DNA of 64,000 nucleotides, taken from IMG/VR virus record IMGVR_UViG_3300021092_000008. One strand, given 5' to 3'. The DNA comes from a virus. Shown piece after piece: positions 1 to 10,100 of the stretch (positions are counted from its first letter, which is position 1; every line of letters begins with the position of its first letter). A program made the translations under genes and the position numbers. The notes under the pieces were generated by a model that had not been told where the DNA came from, did no database searches, and saw nothing but the letters and a program-made list of their open reading frames with translations.

Positions 1-41
1 ATCGATGATACGTGTTAAATAATCCTATCTGGAGATTACAT

Positions 42-359
42 ATGCTCTCTACACAATATCGTTTACGATTAGAAGAAATTTGTAGAAAGATTGTTTTACA
101 TGAATCAGTAAGTTTAGAAGATATGATCTGGGCAGAGAAGCTTGCAAAAGCAAATCGCTCTGCTGCTACAATCCTCCGTCAGGCAAGAAGAAAAGCAGAA
201 AACCCTGATATGGATGCGATGGACGATTTCATGAACCAACTTGATATTGGTGGATTGGGACATGAAAGATTTGGTCGTCGTGGTTTTGATAATCCAGATG
301 ATCTACATGATTGGTTCAAACGTGATGAAGATCAAACTGATTGGAGACAGAGGGATTGA
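42..359 (+). CDS. conserved cyanophage hypothetical protein
   Basis: ORF; ATG at 42 (MLSTQYRLRLEEIC...) preferred over upstream GTG. Confidence 0.7.
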   Translation: MLSTQYRLRLEEICRKIVLHESVSLEDMIWAEKLAKANRSAATILRQARRKAENPDMDAMDDFMNQLDIGGLGHERFGRRGFDNPDDLHDWFKRDEDQTDWRQRD

Positions 360-384
360 CAAGATCCTATAAACCGAGTAGGAT
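356..384 (+). promoter_or_regulatory. sigma70-type promoter
   Basis: TTGACA-17nt-TAGGAT upstream of ORF 411. Confidence 0.6.
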
Positions 385-410
385 AACTCTGTCGCAGTTT
401 CAAGGATGGT

Positions 411-614
411 ATGGCTTTAGGTAAACAGGTAGAAGATAGTTTGAAGGAAGCAGAGGCAAATTTGCGTAATGCACTTGCTTTCGCCGCTAGACAAGAACGA
501 CCGATTGTTTGTAGTCAAATTGCTAAAATGATTAGCGAGATTGACCATATTGGTTCATTTGATGGTATACTAGATAAACTTGAGGAAATGAATAATGACA
601 AAGAAAAGTTTTAA
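411..614 (+). CDS. hypothetical protein, paralog of 47088..47291
   Basis: shares LRNALAxAARQERPIVC...SFDGxLDKL with ORF 47088. Confidence 0.8.
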   Translation: MALGKQVEDSLKEAEANLRNALAFAARQERPIVCSQIAKMISEIDHIGSFDGILDKLEEMNNDKEKF

Positions 615-735
615 GCGTATCGATAGCAAGGGTCACGAGGAGATCTGGGAATGGGAGGAAACGCCTGAACTCAAGGCATTTATCAAAGGTCAGACAATCA
701 CAAAACTGTCCACACCCCCCGCTCGTCCTAAATAA
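595..735 (+). CDS. small hypothetical protein (46 aa)
   Basis: hand-translated MTKKSFKRIDSKGHEEIWEWEETPELKAF...; below the ORF-track length cutoff. Confidence 0.6.
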   Translation: MTKKSFKRIDSKGHEEIWEWEETPELKAFIKGQTITKLSTPPARPK

Positions 736-748
736 TTCATGCTATAAT
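691..748 (+). promoter_or_regulatory. early promoter with 8-6-8 palindrome
   Basis: CAGACAAT-N6-ACTGTCCA (691-712), then 30 nt, then TATAAT with upstream TG. Confidence 0.65.
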
Positions 749-771
749 TACTAGGTAATCAAGGCAAGACG

Positions 772-900
772 ATGACTACGTTTCCAAACTGGCAGCACCA
801 CAGCAATAAAGAGCAGAAGCGTAGTCTGAAACCACAGGCATTACGCCAAGCTAAAAAGCGTAAGCAAGCACTCAAAGCGAAACTATTAGTGCGAATATGA
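772..900 (+). CDS. small basic hypothetical protein (42 aa)
   Basis: MTTFPNWQHHSNKEQKRSLKPQALRQAKKRKQALKAKLL; directly downstream of early promoter. Confidence 0.65.
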   Translation: MTTFPNWQHHSNKEQKRSLKPQALRQAKKRKQALKAKLLVRI

Positions 901-907
901 ACCCCAT

Positions 908-979
908 GGGGGTGTAGCTTAATGGTTAGAGCGACCTGCTTATAACGGGTTAGTCTGGGTTCAACTCCCAGCATCCCTA
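908..979 (+). tRNA. tRNA-Ile(UAU)
   Basis: acceptor GGGGGTG/CATCCCT; anticodon arm ACCTG-CTTATAA-CGGGT; GTTCAA T-loop. Confidence 0.9.
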
Positions 980-982
980 TTT

Positions 983-1054
983 GGGAAATTAGCTTAGCGG
1001 TAGAGCACACGACTGATAATCGTGAGGTCGGTGGTTCAAATCCACCATTTCCCA
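983..1054 (+). tRNA. tRNA-Ile(GAU)
   Basis: acceptor GGGAAAT/ATTTCCC; anticodon arm CACGA-CTGATAA-TCGTG. Confidence 0.93.
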
Positions 1055-1056
1055 TC

Positions 1057-1129
1057 GCTCCTTTAGCTATCTGGTGAAAGCAATCGACTCATAATCGATG
1101 TGAGGTGGGTTCGATCCCCTCAAGGAGCA
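1057..1129 (+). tRNA. tRNA with CAU anticodon (Met; lysidine Ile2 not excluded)
   Basis: acceptor GCTCCTT/AAGGAGC; anticodon arm ATCGA-CTCATAA-TCGAT. Confidence 0.88.
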
Positions 1130-1130
1130 C

Positions 1131-1159
1131 TTGACAATCTGAGCAGCATCTGCTATGAT
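1131..1159 (+). promoter_or_regulatory. sigma70-type promoter for tRNA-Leu
   Basis: TTGACA-17nt-TATGAT with extended TGn. Confidence 0.7.
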
Positions 1160-1173
1160 TGTCCCATCACCAA

Positions 1174-1256
1174 GGGAGCATGGTGGAATCGGTAGACACA
1201 CCAGACTTAAAATCTGTTGGGCAGTGCCCGTGGGAGTTCAAGTCTCCCTGCTCCTA
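1174..1256 (+). tRNA. tRNA-Leu(UAA)
   Basis: acceptor GGGAGCA/TGCTCCT; loop CTTAAAA; long variable arm GGGC-AGT-GCCC. Confidence 0.92.
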
Positions 1257-1289
1257 TTTCCACTAAATACATTGTAGTGGAAATTTGTA

Positions 1290-1556
1290 ATGAAATACAC
1301 ACTCTCTCAAGCATATTGCTTTTATATGGGTGAAATAGTTCGTATGTATTTCATTCAAGGTGTTCCGTATACATTTGATGAACTTCCTCAAATTATACAA
1401 GATCACCCATCAGTCCAAACGGAAGCACTTCAACATCGTGATTATGATGATGAAGATCTGTATAAATGTTCTACCTATCTAATAATGGAAGAAATGCACC
1501 CTTTAATGTTTGAGATCCAGGTAGAAAATCCAGACCTGCTTCCAAAAGACGATTGA
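1290..1556 (+). CDS. conserved cyanophage hypothetical protein
   Basis: 88-aa ORF between tRNA genes; CTAAATA late-promoter-like site upstream. Confidence 0.75.
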   Translation: MKYTLSQAYCFYMGEIVRMYFIQGVPYTFDELPQIIQDHPSVQTEALQHRDYDDEDLYKCSTYLIMEEMHPLMFEIQVENPDLLPKDD

Positions 1557-1560
1557 TGTT

Positions 1561-1632
1561 GCCTAATTAGCTCAGTGGTAGAGCACTCGCCTTGTAAGCG
1601 AGCGGTCGTCAGTTCAAGTCTGACATTAGGCT
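1561..1632 (+). tRNA. tRNA-Thr(UGU)
   Basis: acceptor GCCTAAT/ATTAGGC; anticodon arm CTCGC-CTTGTAA-GCGAG. Confidence 0.93.
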
Positions 1633-1687
1633 TTGGATGGACTTCGGTTCTTCCATACGAGTCGGGACCATCATATCCGACTCATCT

Positions 1688-1770
1688 GTCGATGTGGCGG
1701 AATTGGTAGACGCGCTGGGTTTAGGTTCCAGTGTCTTTATGACGTGGAGGTTCAAGTCCTCTCATCGACA
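1688..1770 (+). tRNA. tRNA-Leu(UAG)
   Basis: acceptor GTCGATG/CATCGAC; loop TTTAGGT; long variable arm. Confidence 0.92.
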
Positions 1771-1857
1771 TTTTGAATTTTCAAATTCAAAACTTAGATA
1801 CATAAAAACAGGAAAAAAAATTCCGCCAAAAAATCACTAAAAAAGTCGAGGGTGAAA

Positions 1858-2019
1858 ATGTCGTTGCTTTCCCAACAAGACCGTAAAATGGTTGAAGACG
1901 CTTTACAATTTTATATTCTACATTTGAAATCTTATTCAAAACACGATGAAAATAGACTTAACCAATATTACACTCTTCTTAATTGGATTAAATTAGAGCA
2001 TTTTAAACATGAAAATTAA
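1858..2019 (+). CDS. small hypothetical protein (53 aa)
   Basis: GAGGG RBS; MSLLSQQDRKMVEDALQFY...LLNWIKLE. Confidence 0.65.
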   Translation: MSLLSQQDRKMVEDALQFYILHLKSYSKHDENRLNQYYTLLNWIKLEHFKHEN

Positions 2020-2626
2020 TCATGTAAATTTTGAATTTCCTGCTATAGTAATTGATGATTACTATGATGAAAAAGAATTAGATTTAATATGGGACGAGTT
2101 AAATTTTTTAACAAAGAAAAATGCTATGCATTTTGGGTCTCAAGTTGGATCTGGTGCGGCGGTAGATGAATTTGGAAATTCTTTAAAAAAAAGTAATTAT
2201 TCTATATTTGTGGATGAGATCTATACCGTTAGAGATGCTTCTAATATTTTAACAGTGAACAGAAAGATATTTGATTATTGGGATTCTATTGTTAAAGATA
2301 GCAATCATTGGTTTTACCAAAACTTTAAATGTGAGAGTGATTTTACATTACTCTCTTATTATGAAAATAAAGATTATTACAACTTTCACTCTGATGAATC
2401 GTGTATAACGTCTTTGACTTGGTTTTATAAAGAACCAAAAAAATTTAAAGGTGGAGATTTACATTTTTATAATAAAAACAAGATTAATGTGTTAAACAAT
2501 AGAATGGTAATATTTCCTTCTATGATTTCTCATAAAGTTGATCCTGTTGTTATGAAAAAAAAGGATTTAGATCAAAAACTTGGTAGATTCTGTATTACTC
2601 AATTTTTACACCCTAGCTCTAATTAA
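2009..2626 (+). CDS. 2OG-Fe(II) oxygenase (prolyl-4-hydroxylase-like)
   Basis: HxD (FHSD), FKGGDL, IFPS..H.V.PV, distal R. Confidence 0.85.
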   Translation: MKINHVNFEFPAIVIDDYYDEKELDLIWDELNFLTKKNAMHFGSQVGSGAAVDEFGNSLKKSNYSIFVDEIYTVRDASNILTVNRKIFDYWDSIVKDSNHWFYQNFKCESDFTLLSYYENKDYYNFHSDESCITSLTWFYKEPKKFKGGDLHFYNKNKINVLNNRMVIFPSMISHKVDPVVMKKKDLDQKLGRFCITQFLHPSSN

Positions 2627-2655
2627 TAAAAATTAACCTCTGGTACTGTGCTGAT

Positions 2656-3108
2656 ATGAAATTTGGAGAAATTATAGGACAATATTCTAATAAAAATCAA
2701 GCTTTTATGTATCCATTTGATTATGCTATGATCCGCTTGGTGTGGGATAGCATGGGATTTGGTAATAGAATTAGATCTCAAAGTTTCTATGAAATTGATC
2801 TGGTGGAAAAAGAAAATCCAGAACCTTATCGGGAATCATTTCATACCTTTGAACAGGTGAATGATAACGAGGTTTTATTTTATACCTACGACAGTAGTTG
2901 GAACGAGTTGTGTGTACATACCATTTGTTGGGATGGTGAGTTCTGGGTGTATCAACCCTGTGATACTTGTATTGTCAAAGATATCAAGATTATTAGTGAA
3001 ATCAAGTTCAACGATAAGAAATACTATGGTAGAGATGCTGGATATGATGCTGATGGTAATCTAGTATGGGGCAAAGAAACTGGTATGTTTGAATTTGATA
3101 AGTTATGA
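2656..3108 (+). CDS. cpeT: CpeT/CpcT-like phycobiliprotein lyase (auxiliary metabolic gene)
   Basis: G.YSN..QA...P..YA.I.L.W, PYR and D.GYD..G..VWG motifs. Confidence 0.8.
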   Translation: MKFGEIIGQYSNKNQAFMYPFDYAMIRLVWDSMGFGNRIRSQSFYEIDLVEKENPEPYRESFHTFEQVNDNEVLFYTYDSSWNELCVHTICWDGEFWVYQPCDTCIVKDIKIISEIKFNDKKYYGRDAGYDADGNLVWGKETGMFEFDKL

Positions 3109-3338
3109 ACGATGATAAAGTAGCACTTAAAGAGTTTTTACGTGGTGCTGGTTCTATTGGTATTATTGTGGGAGGAGTTATTCTAATTATTTTTCTACTC
3201 TATCAGTCACAGAATCCTCCAGTTGAATCACAATCTACCAAAGTGATTGGCACTTACAAAGAATGTGATATAATACAGTGGCATTACGGACCACTTGCTG
3301 AATACAAGTATTTTTTATATTGTCCTCCACCACGATGA
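3105..3338 (+). CDS. small membrane protein
   Basis: one hydrophobic segment; ATGA overlap with upstream gene. Confidence 0.7.
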   Translation: MNDDKVALKEFLRGAGSIGIIVGGVILIIFLLYQSQNPPVESQSTKVIGTYKECDIIQWHYGPLAEYKYFLYCPPPR

Positions 3339-3895
3339 ACGATGATATGCCCTGGGTCAATCTGACTCAAAAAGAAGTTGAAGAACTTCGTAGTAAAAAA
3401 CAAGAACTCACACAATACGGAAAGGAGAAAATCCGAGAACTTATGAACCACGAAGAAATGCTGGAAGAGGCAGCACGAAGAGAAAAAGAAAACAAAGTCC
3501 TAGACATCGCAAAGAACTTTATTGAGGAACATTCGGATGCAATGAAGGAACTTGCGAAGATTGAACATCAAGAACTCGCAACAGAACTTGCACTTGAACT
3601 TCGTTCTTGGGCTCAAAATGAAGAAATGATTGACCAATACTTTACTAAACATGGTATAATCTGTAATCAAGCCGCAGACCTTCTTGATATGTTCTCTTCA
3701 CTTTTATATTTTTCCAAAACTTCTTGCAAAATGACTTACAAAGTTAGATTTATCAACATCAAATATACAGATGTCTTTGAGAAAGATCAAGTATTAACAG
3801 TCAAGGAGATGATATCCTATGCTTGGCACGAAAACTTTACCTTTGAAGAAGTAGAAGGTGAATACCACACTATCTTTTTCGAGGATGTAGAATGA
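3335..3895 (+). CDS. hypothetical protein
   Basis: ORF with ATGA overlap at 3335. Confidence 0.7.
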   Translation: MNDDMPWVNLTQKEVEELRSKKQELTQYGKEKIRELMNHEEMLEEAARREKENKVLDIAKNFIEEHSDAMKELAKIEHQELATELALELRSWAQNEEMIDQYFTKHGIICNQAADLLDMFSSLLYFSKTSCKMTYKVRFINIKYTDVFEKDQVLTVKEMISYAWHENFTFEEVEGEYHTIFFEDVE

Positions 3896-3920
3896 TGTAT
3901 TGTAAGCAATCCTGACTCAT

Positions 3921-3992
3921 TGGAGTGTAGCTCAGTGGTAGAGCGGTCGGCTGTTAACCGATTGGTCGTAGGTTCGAATCCCACCACTCCAG
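3921..3992 (+). tRNA. tRNA-Asn(GUU)
   Basis: acceptor TGGAGTG/CACTCCA; anticodon arm GTCGG-CTGTTAA-CCGAT; GTTCGAA T-loop. Confidence 0.93.
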
Positions 3993-4035
3993 TTGGCGAT
4001 ACTGCCATCAAACCAAACCCCTTCCGTGTGACTTT

Positions 4036-4057
4036 AAACCCCCCTTAAGGGGGTTTT
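4036..4057 (+). terminator. intrinsic terminator
   Basis: AAACCCCCC-TTAA-GGGGGTTTT. Confidence 0.75.
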
Positions 4058-4063
4058 ATTGTT

Positions 4064-4071
4064 TATAAATA
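4064..4071 (+). promoter_or_regulatory. T4-type (gp55) late promoter
   Basis: TATAAATA 40 nt before the giant fibre gene. Confidence 0.8.
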
Positions 4072-4110
4072 TTCGTAAGAAGAACAACGTAAACCTAGGT
4101 TTGAGTAATT

Positions 4111-7100
4111 ATGGCTCTTACAAGACTTGATAATCTCTATTCAAGCAAAACAGGAAAGTATCTGTATGTATCACCAGATGATTTCAACGCTACTGATGAA
4201 CTTGATAATAGGGGTAATTCGCCCTTAAGACCGTTTAAAACAATTCAAAGGGCATTTATTGAAGTAGCTAGATACTCATATTTACCAGGAAAAGACAACG
4301 ATAGATTTGACCAGTTCAGCATCATGTTGATGCCTGGTGATCACTATATTGATAACAGACCTGGATTAGTTGATTATAATGAGGGCGGAAGACAACGTTA
4401 TTATGATTCTCAAAATTTAATTCTTGCTAATCGCCAAGAAATTATAGATCGTGCCGCTGCTGAAGTTGCTGTACAACATCCAGATTTTTATTTTCCTGGG
4501 GACAATCAAACAGATTCCAGTTCTAGATATGCGGATGCTTATCGTTTTATCCAAAAAAATAGAACAGTTATTGTAGATACAGCATTAGCTGAAGTTGCTG
4601 TACAACATCCAGATTTTTATTTTCCTGGTGATAGTCAAACAGATACTGGATCTAGATATGCTGATTCTTATCGTTTAATTAAACTAAACAAAACACAAAT
4701 TGTTAATACTGCCTGGGCAAATATGCTTGCTCAGTATCCATCTTCTGCTCCTACAGAAACAAAGTGTAAGAGAGATTTGGGCATCTTTGTTGATTCTATT
4801 TCTTTGGATGTATATACAAGAGGAAATAGATATTCTAAAGAATTTGCTCTTCAATATTTTAATAATGGAGTTCCAATTTCTAATGGTTTAGTTGGTGAAG
4901 AAGTACAGTCTGTCTATGCTTTTAACGAAGCAGCAGCATTAATGAAAACTGCTATTGTCAATGGATTAGCAGTAAACGATTTGACAATAACAGCTGATCC
5001 ACTTACTGGTTTAAATACAAGCCCTAACTCATGTGCTGATGTTAGAGCTGCTATTGATACATTAAATACCATTGTAACTACAGCTATTTCTACTGGTTCT
5101 ATCGCTGGATTACCAAATCCAGTTAATGATGGAGTATTTTCTTTGGTAGGTGAACCCAAATGTCGTAGAGACATTGGAATTTTTGTTGATGCTATTTCAC
5201 TAGATATTTTTCAGGGTGGTGGAAATAGATATACTCGTAAATTTATCAAAAATTATTTTAATGCTGCTGGAACATCTTGGGTAAATAACGGCTTGCAAGA
5301 TGAGCAAGAACAATCAAATACCGCTTTTGCTAAGGCAAGAGATATGATGATTCAGGCAATCAATAATCAATTATATTATAAAGATCTCACTATTACAGCA
5401 GATCCTGCAACTGGATCAAATACAAGTGTTAGTTCTTGTGCTGATGTCGCTGCTGCCATAACATCTTTAACGGCTATTGTTACAACAACAGTTACCGCTG
5501 GTAATTTAACTAATTTGGTAGCAGAAACAGTTCCAAATATTACTCCAGGAGAAACAAAGTGTAAGCGTGACATTGGATATATTGTTGATGCAGTTTCTTC
5601 CGATTTGGCTAATGGCGGAAATGCTAATATTATTGCTGCTACAAAATCATATTTTTCTAAATCTGGTGTTCCAATTGCAAACGGATTAGTAGACGAAGAA
5701 GATCAATCTATCACAGCATTTAACATGGCTCGTGATATGATGAAAAAAGCGGTAACAAATCAACTATCTACCAAAGATCTTACAATTTCTCCTGGACCAG
5801 CTGATTATGATTTGGGTGGGGTGGTTATCCCAAATCTACCTTCAGGAAATGCCGCTACTTGTATTGATGTACAAACAAACATTGATACACTAATTGCCAT
5901 TATTACAACAACAATTGATGCTGGTAATTTAAACAATCTTGCTGATATTCAAGTTACTGGAACAATTCCTGTATTTAACTACAGCAAAGCTTTAGAAGAA
6001 TGGCAAGATAATACTGTTTTAGATCTCAGCAATCCAGATAACGTACTTTACAAATTTAATGCTTCTACTGGTGGTGCTATCGTACCTAGAGGTTGTTCTC
6101 TTATTGGTTATGATCTTCGTAGAACTATTGTACGTCCTCTTTATGTTCCAGACCCTACAGATGGAACACAAGGAAGAACTTCCATTTTCAATCTAACTGG
6201 TGGATGCTATATTTGGCAATTTACTATTAAAGATGGAGATCTTTCAAGCAATTCTCCATTATTTGACGAAACTGATAATGTAGGTAAAGTTTACTTCCAG
6301 AAGGGTAATGTTTCTCAACTTGCTGTTCCTGAGTACTCACACCACAAAATCTGCATTATGGAGTATGCAGAAAACCAGGAATTAGACCTTTACTATCAAA
6401 AAGTTGCTAGAGCTTTTGCTTTATTCCAACCAACAATTGATGATGGTGATTTTGAACCATTACCACAAGAAAATAGAATTGTTGGACCTCTTTCTGATAC
6501 AAGAAGTATTGTTAATATCAAACTAGTTGCTAATACAAATACAGAAAAGACAACTGTACGTGTAACTACTAAAATTGCTCATGGATACTTTAAAGATCAA
6601 TATATTGCCATTATTGATAATGGATTGAATGATCTTTTAAATGGAACATTTAAAGTAACTGCTACTAACGTTGGAAATAATCCAAAAGTATTTGAATATG
6701 AAGTAAATTCAACGATAGCAATTCTTGGGTTAGATATTACACAAGATGGATATAGCACAGGAAGCACTCCAGCATTAAGTACAAACGCTCGTGGACAAGC
6801 AGAAATTGATTCTGTAGAATCTGCTTCTCCATATGTGTTTAACTGCTCAATTAGATCCACATGGGGTATTTGTGGTATGTGGGCGGATGGCGCCAAAGCA
6901 ACTGGTTTCCGCTCAATGGTTGTCGCTCAGTACACTGGGGTTTCTCTACAGAAAGATGACAGAGCGTTTATTCGTTATGATGAATTTACAAACACTTGGA
7001 ATCAGGCATCATTAACTGATGCTTTTGCTACTGTTCCTTATCACGCAAAAGGTGACGCTTATTGGAAAGATGATTGGAGAAACTTCCACATCCGTGCTTC

Positions 7101-10100
7101 TAATGATGCCTTCATCCAGTGTGTATCGGTATTCGCTGTAGGATTCCATGATCACTTCTTAATGGAATCTGGTGGTGATATGTCTATCACCAACTCCAAC
7201 TCAAACTTCGGTAATACGTCACTACATGCTGCTGGATTTAAAGGATTTGCTTTTAATCAAGATAAAGGCGGATACATTACAGATATTATTCCAGTAAAAG
7301 AAATTGATTCTAGTTCTTTCAATGAAAATACTTTAAAATATTATTCAATTGCTCTACAACCAACAAAATTAGAATCTAACAATACAAAGCTATATTATGG
7401 TGCTGATAATGCTTATGATCCATTCACTAAACCAACCACAACTATTGAAACATATAGATTAGGTGCTAAAAATGATGAGAAGATTTTTCTAAAGTTAAAA
7501 TCAACTAGTGGGTCTACAGACGAATATAATTGTACTTTATCACCATCAGGATTTAAGAGATATACCGTATCATTAGATACTTTAAATCCAGATGGAGTTT
7601 CTATTGATAGTGTAGCACAAGATGCTGCTAATAGAATTGAAGATAATAAAACGTTCATTCAACAGGAAGCATACGGATATATCATACAAAAATATCCAAA
7701 TCTTCTTACAAATACTAATATTACCATCTCTAAATGTCAAAGAGATATTGGTATCTTTGTTGATGCTGTTATTCAAGATTTAAGACTTGGTGGAAATATC
7801 AATACGATTCAAGCTGCTGAAGGATACTATGTTGGTGGACAACTTTCTTATATTACTAGTGAATTAAATGAAACCATTGAAGGACTTGATTATGTGAAGA
7901 ATCTTTGTATCTCAGCAATGAGAAACTTTGATTATCTAATTAGAAATTGTGCTACAACTACTGGGTCTCCAATTGTTGATATTGGTGATACTAGCGGTAT
8001 TGTAATTGGAATGAAAGTAACTCAGTATGCTTATAATACTACTAATTTTACTAATGGTAGATTGAATGCTAATGCTGTTCCTGTTACGGATTTCCCTGTT
8101 ATTCCTTCAAATGTTTATGTAAAAAGAATTTTAGATGCTACAAAAATTGAACTCGGTACACAAGGAAGCAAATTATCCACAGGAACAACTGTAGTTGCCA
8201 ACACCACTACTGCTAGTGGTGCGTATTTGTATTTTGAACTTCCTCAAACTGCTTCTTTAACAGATAGCAATAACAATTTACAAGGTGCTTGGGCAGCACA
8301 ATTTGCTACTAAAGATCCTACTATTCTCCAAGATACAAGTACTTGGACTGGAACTGAAAAAGGATATCCAGAATGTGTTGATATTGCTACCACTATTCAA
8401 GGATATTTTAGCAACGTTAATTTAATTTTAAATCAAGGATTATCTCCTTTAAATAGCACAGCAATTGATGCTTCTAATTTAATCAAGTCTAATAAACAGT
8501 TAATTGCTGAAGTTGCTGTTGATAGGATGTTAACATACTTCCCTGGATTTGTAATTCCTGGAGGTAATCAAGAGTGTATTGATGATGTTCTTAAAGTTAT
8601 TGATGCTCTAACATTTAACGTTAAGTATGGATCTAATAGTAAAATTTATGAAGCTGGATTACTTTATGCTACTCAACCTGCTTTACTAGCAGGCGAAAGA
8701 TCACAATCTACATACGTTTATCAGCAAGTAAGAGACATGGCTATTCAAGCCATGAGAAATGAAACCATTACAATTACTGGATCTACTTTAACTCAATATA
8801 AAGATTTAACTATTCTACAAGATCCATTAAACCCAGCATGTGCTGGTGTTGCTACTGCCATCAATAATTTGATGGCTATTCTTATTCAATCGATTGGAAC
8901 AGAAGACACTCCTGGTAATTTGAATGGTATTACAAAAACTACACCTGAGTTTACTAATATCACCAGAGTAGAATCTACATTAGATACTGCTAATCTTGCC
9001 ACAAGAGCTACTTTATTTACTGTTAATACTGGTGGTGGAACATCGAATCCCCATAACTTTGAAACTGGTACGCCTGTTAGACTTGTTCCTAGAGCAAAAG
9101 ATGGAACTTATCCAGATAAAAGAGTTATTAGACTTCCAAGAGGATTTGATACAAATACAATCTATTATGTAATTGCTCCTGGGCGTGGAACATACCCAGA
9201 AAATTATGCTGATGACGCTATATATCCAAATATTTTTGGACCTACCGCATCAACTAAACTGATGCTTGCTAGCACAAAAGAAAATGCTGCTGCTGGTATT
9301 TACATTTATTCTTCTGAAACTGATTCTGTTGATCAAAATGTTGAAATCGAATTACAGCAATATACTCTCGATGAAACTTATAATTTACACAAATACACCT
9401 GTAATTTTACCGCTGGGCAAACTGATGTAATTAAAACAGATATTCCTCATATCTTTGATACTCCTGGAAATATTAATCAAGTTCAGAAAATTTTCTTTAG
9501 AACATTTGGTGATCCAGCAGATTCTCAATTACCACAAATCACAGTTAACGGTGTAAGTTCTCCAGTATCAACAACTGAATATTACTATGTAAGATATGTT
9601 TCTTCTAAGACATTTAGCGTACATACAACAGCTGCTGAAGCTCTTGCTGGAACACCTAGAGTAACATTTACTTCTGGATTTGGTAAAGATTTCTATGTAT
9701 TTGCTGATAAAAGAGTAAGTCCAGTTAGATTTGATGTTACTGCTCAAGTTATTGAAACTTCTACTAATATAACCAGAACTGGTTTGTGGTACATAAATGT
9801 TAAAGACGAAACTACAGAACAATATAATATTTTAAAAAGATTACATGAACTAGGTGCTACAGTAAAAGACGAAAGAAGTAAGAATACTTTCTATAAGAGA
9901 CTTACTGATTCTAGAACAGCTGCTGATAGAATTTATAGATTACGTTATGTAATCCCAGAATATGCTGAAGGAGTTAGAGATCCTTTAAGAGGATTTGTTA
10001 TCAAAGCAAGAACTGACGAAACTAGAAAACTTCTACCACAGAAAATTATTCTTAAGAAAGTTGCTAGTGGTAGTCCAAACGTTGCTTATTTTGAAACTGA

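Noticed and set aside
759-1055. ORFs 759-1055(-), 1637-1840(+) and 3817-4011(-)
   Set aside because: They overlap clear tRNA genes and are spurious translations.
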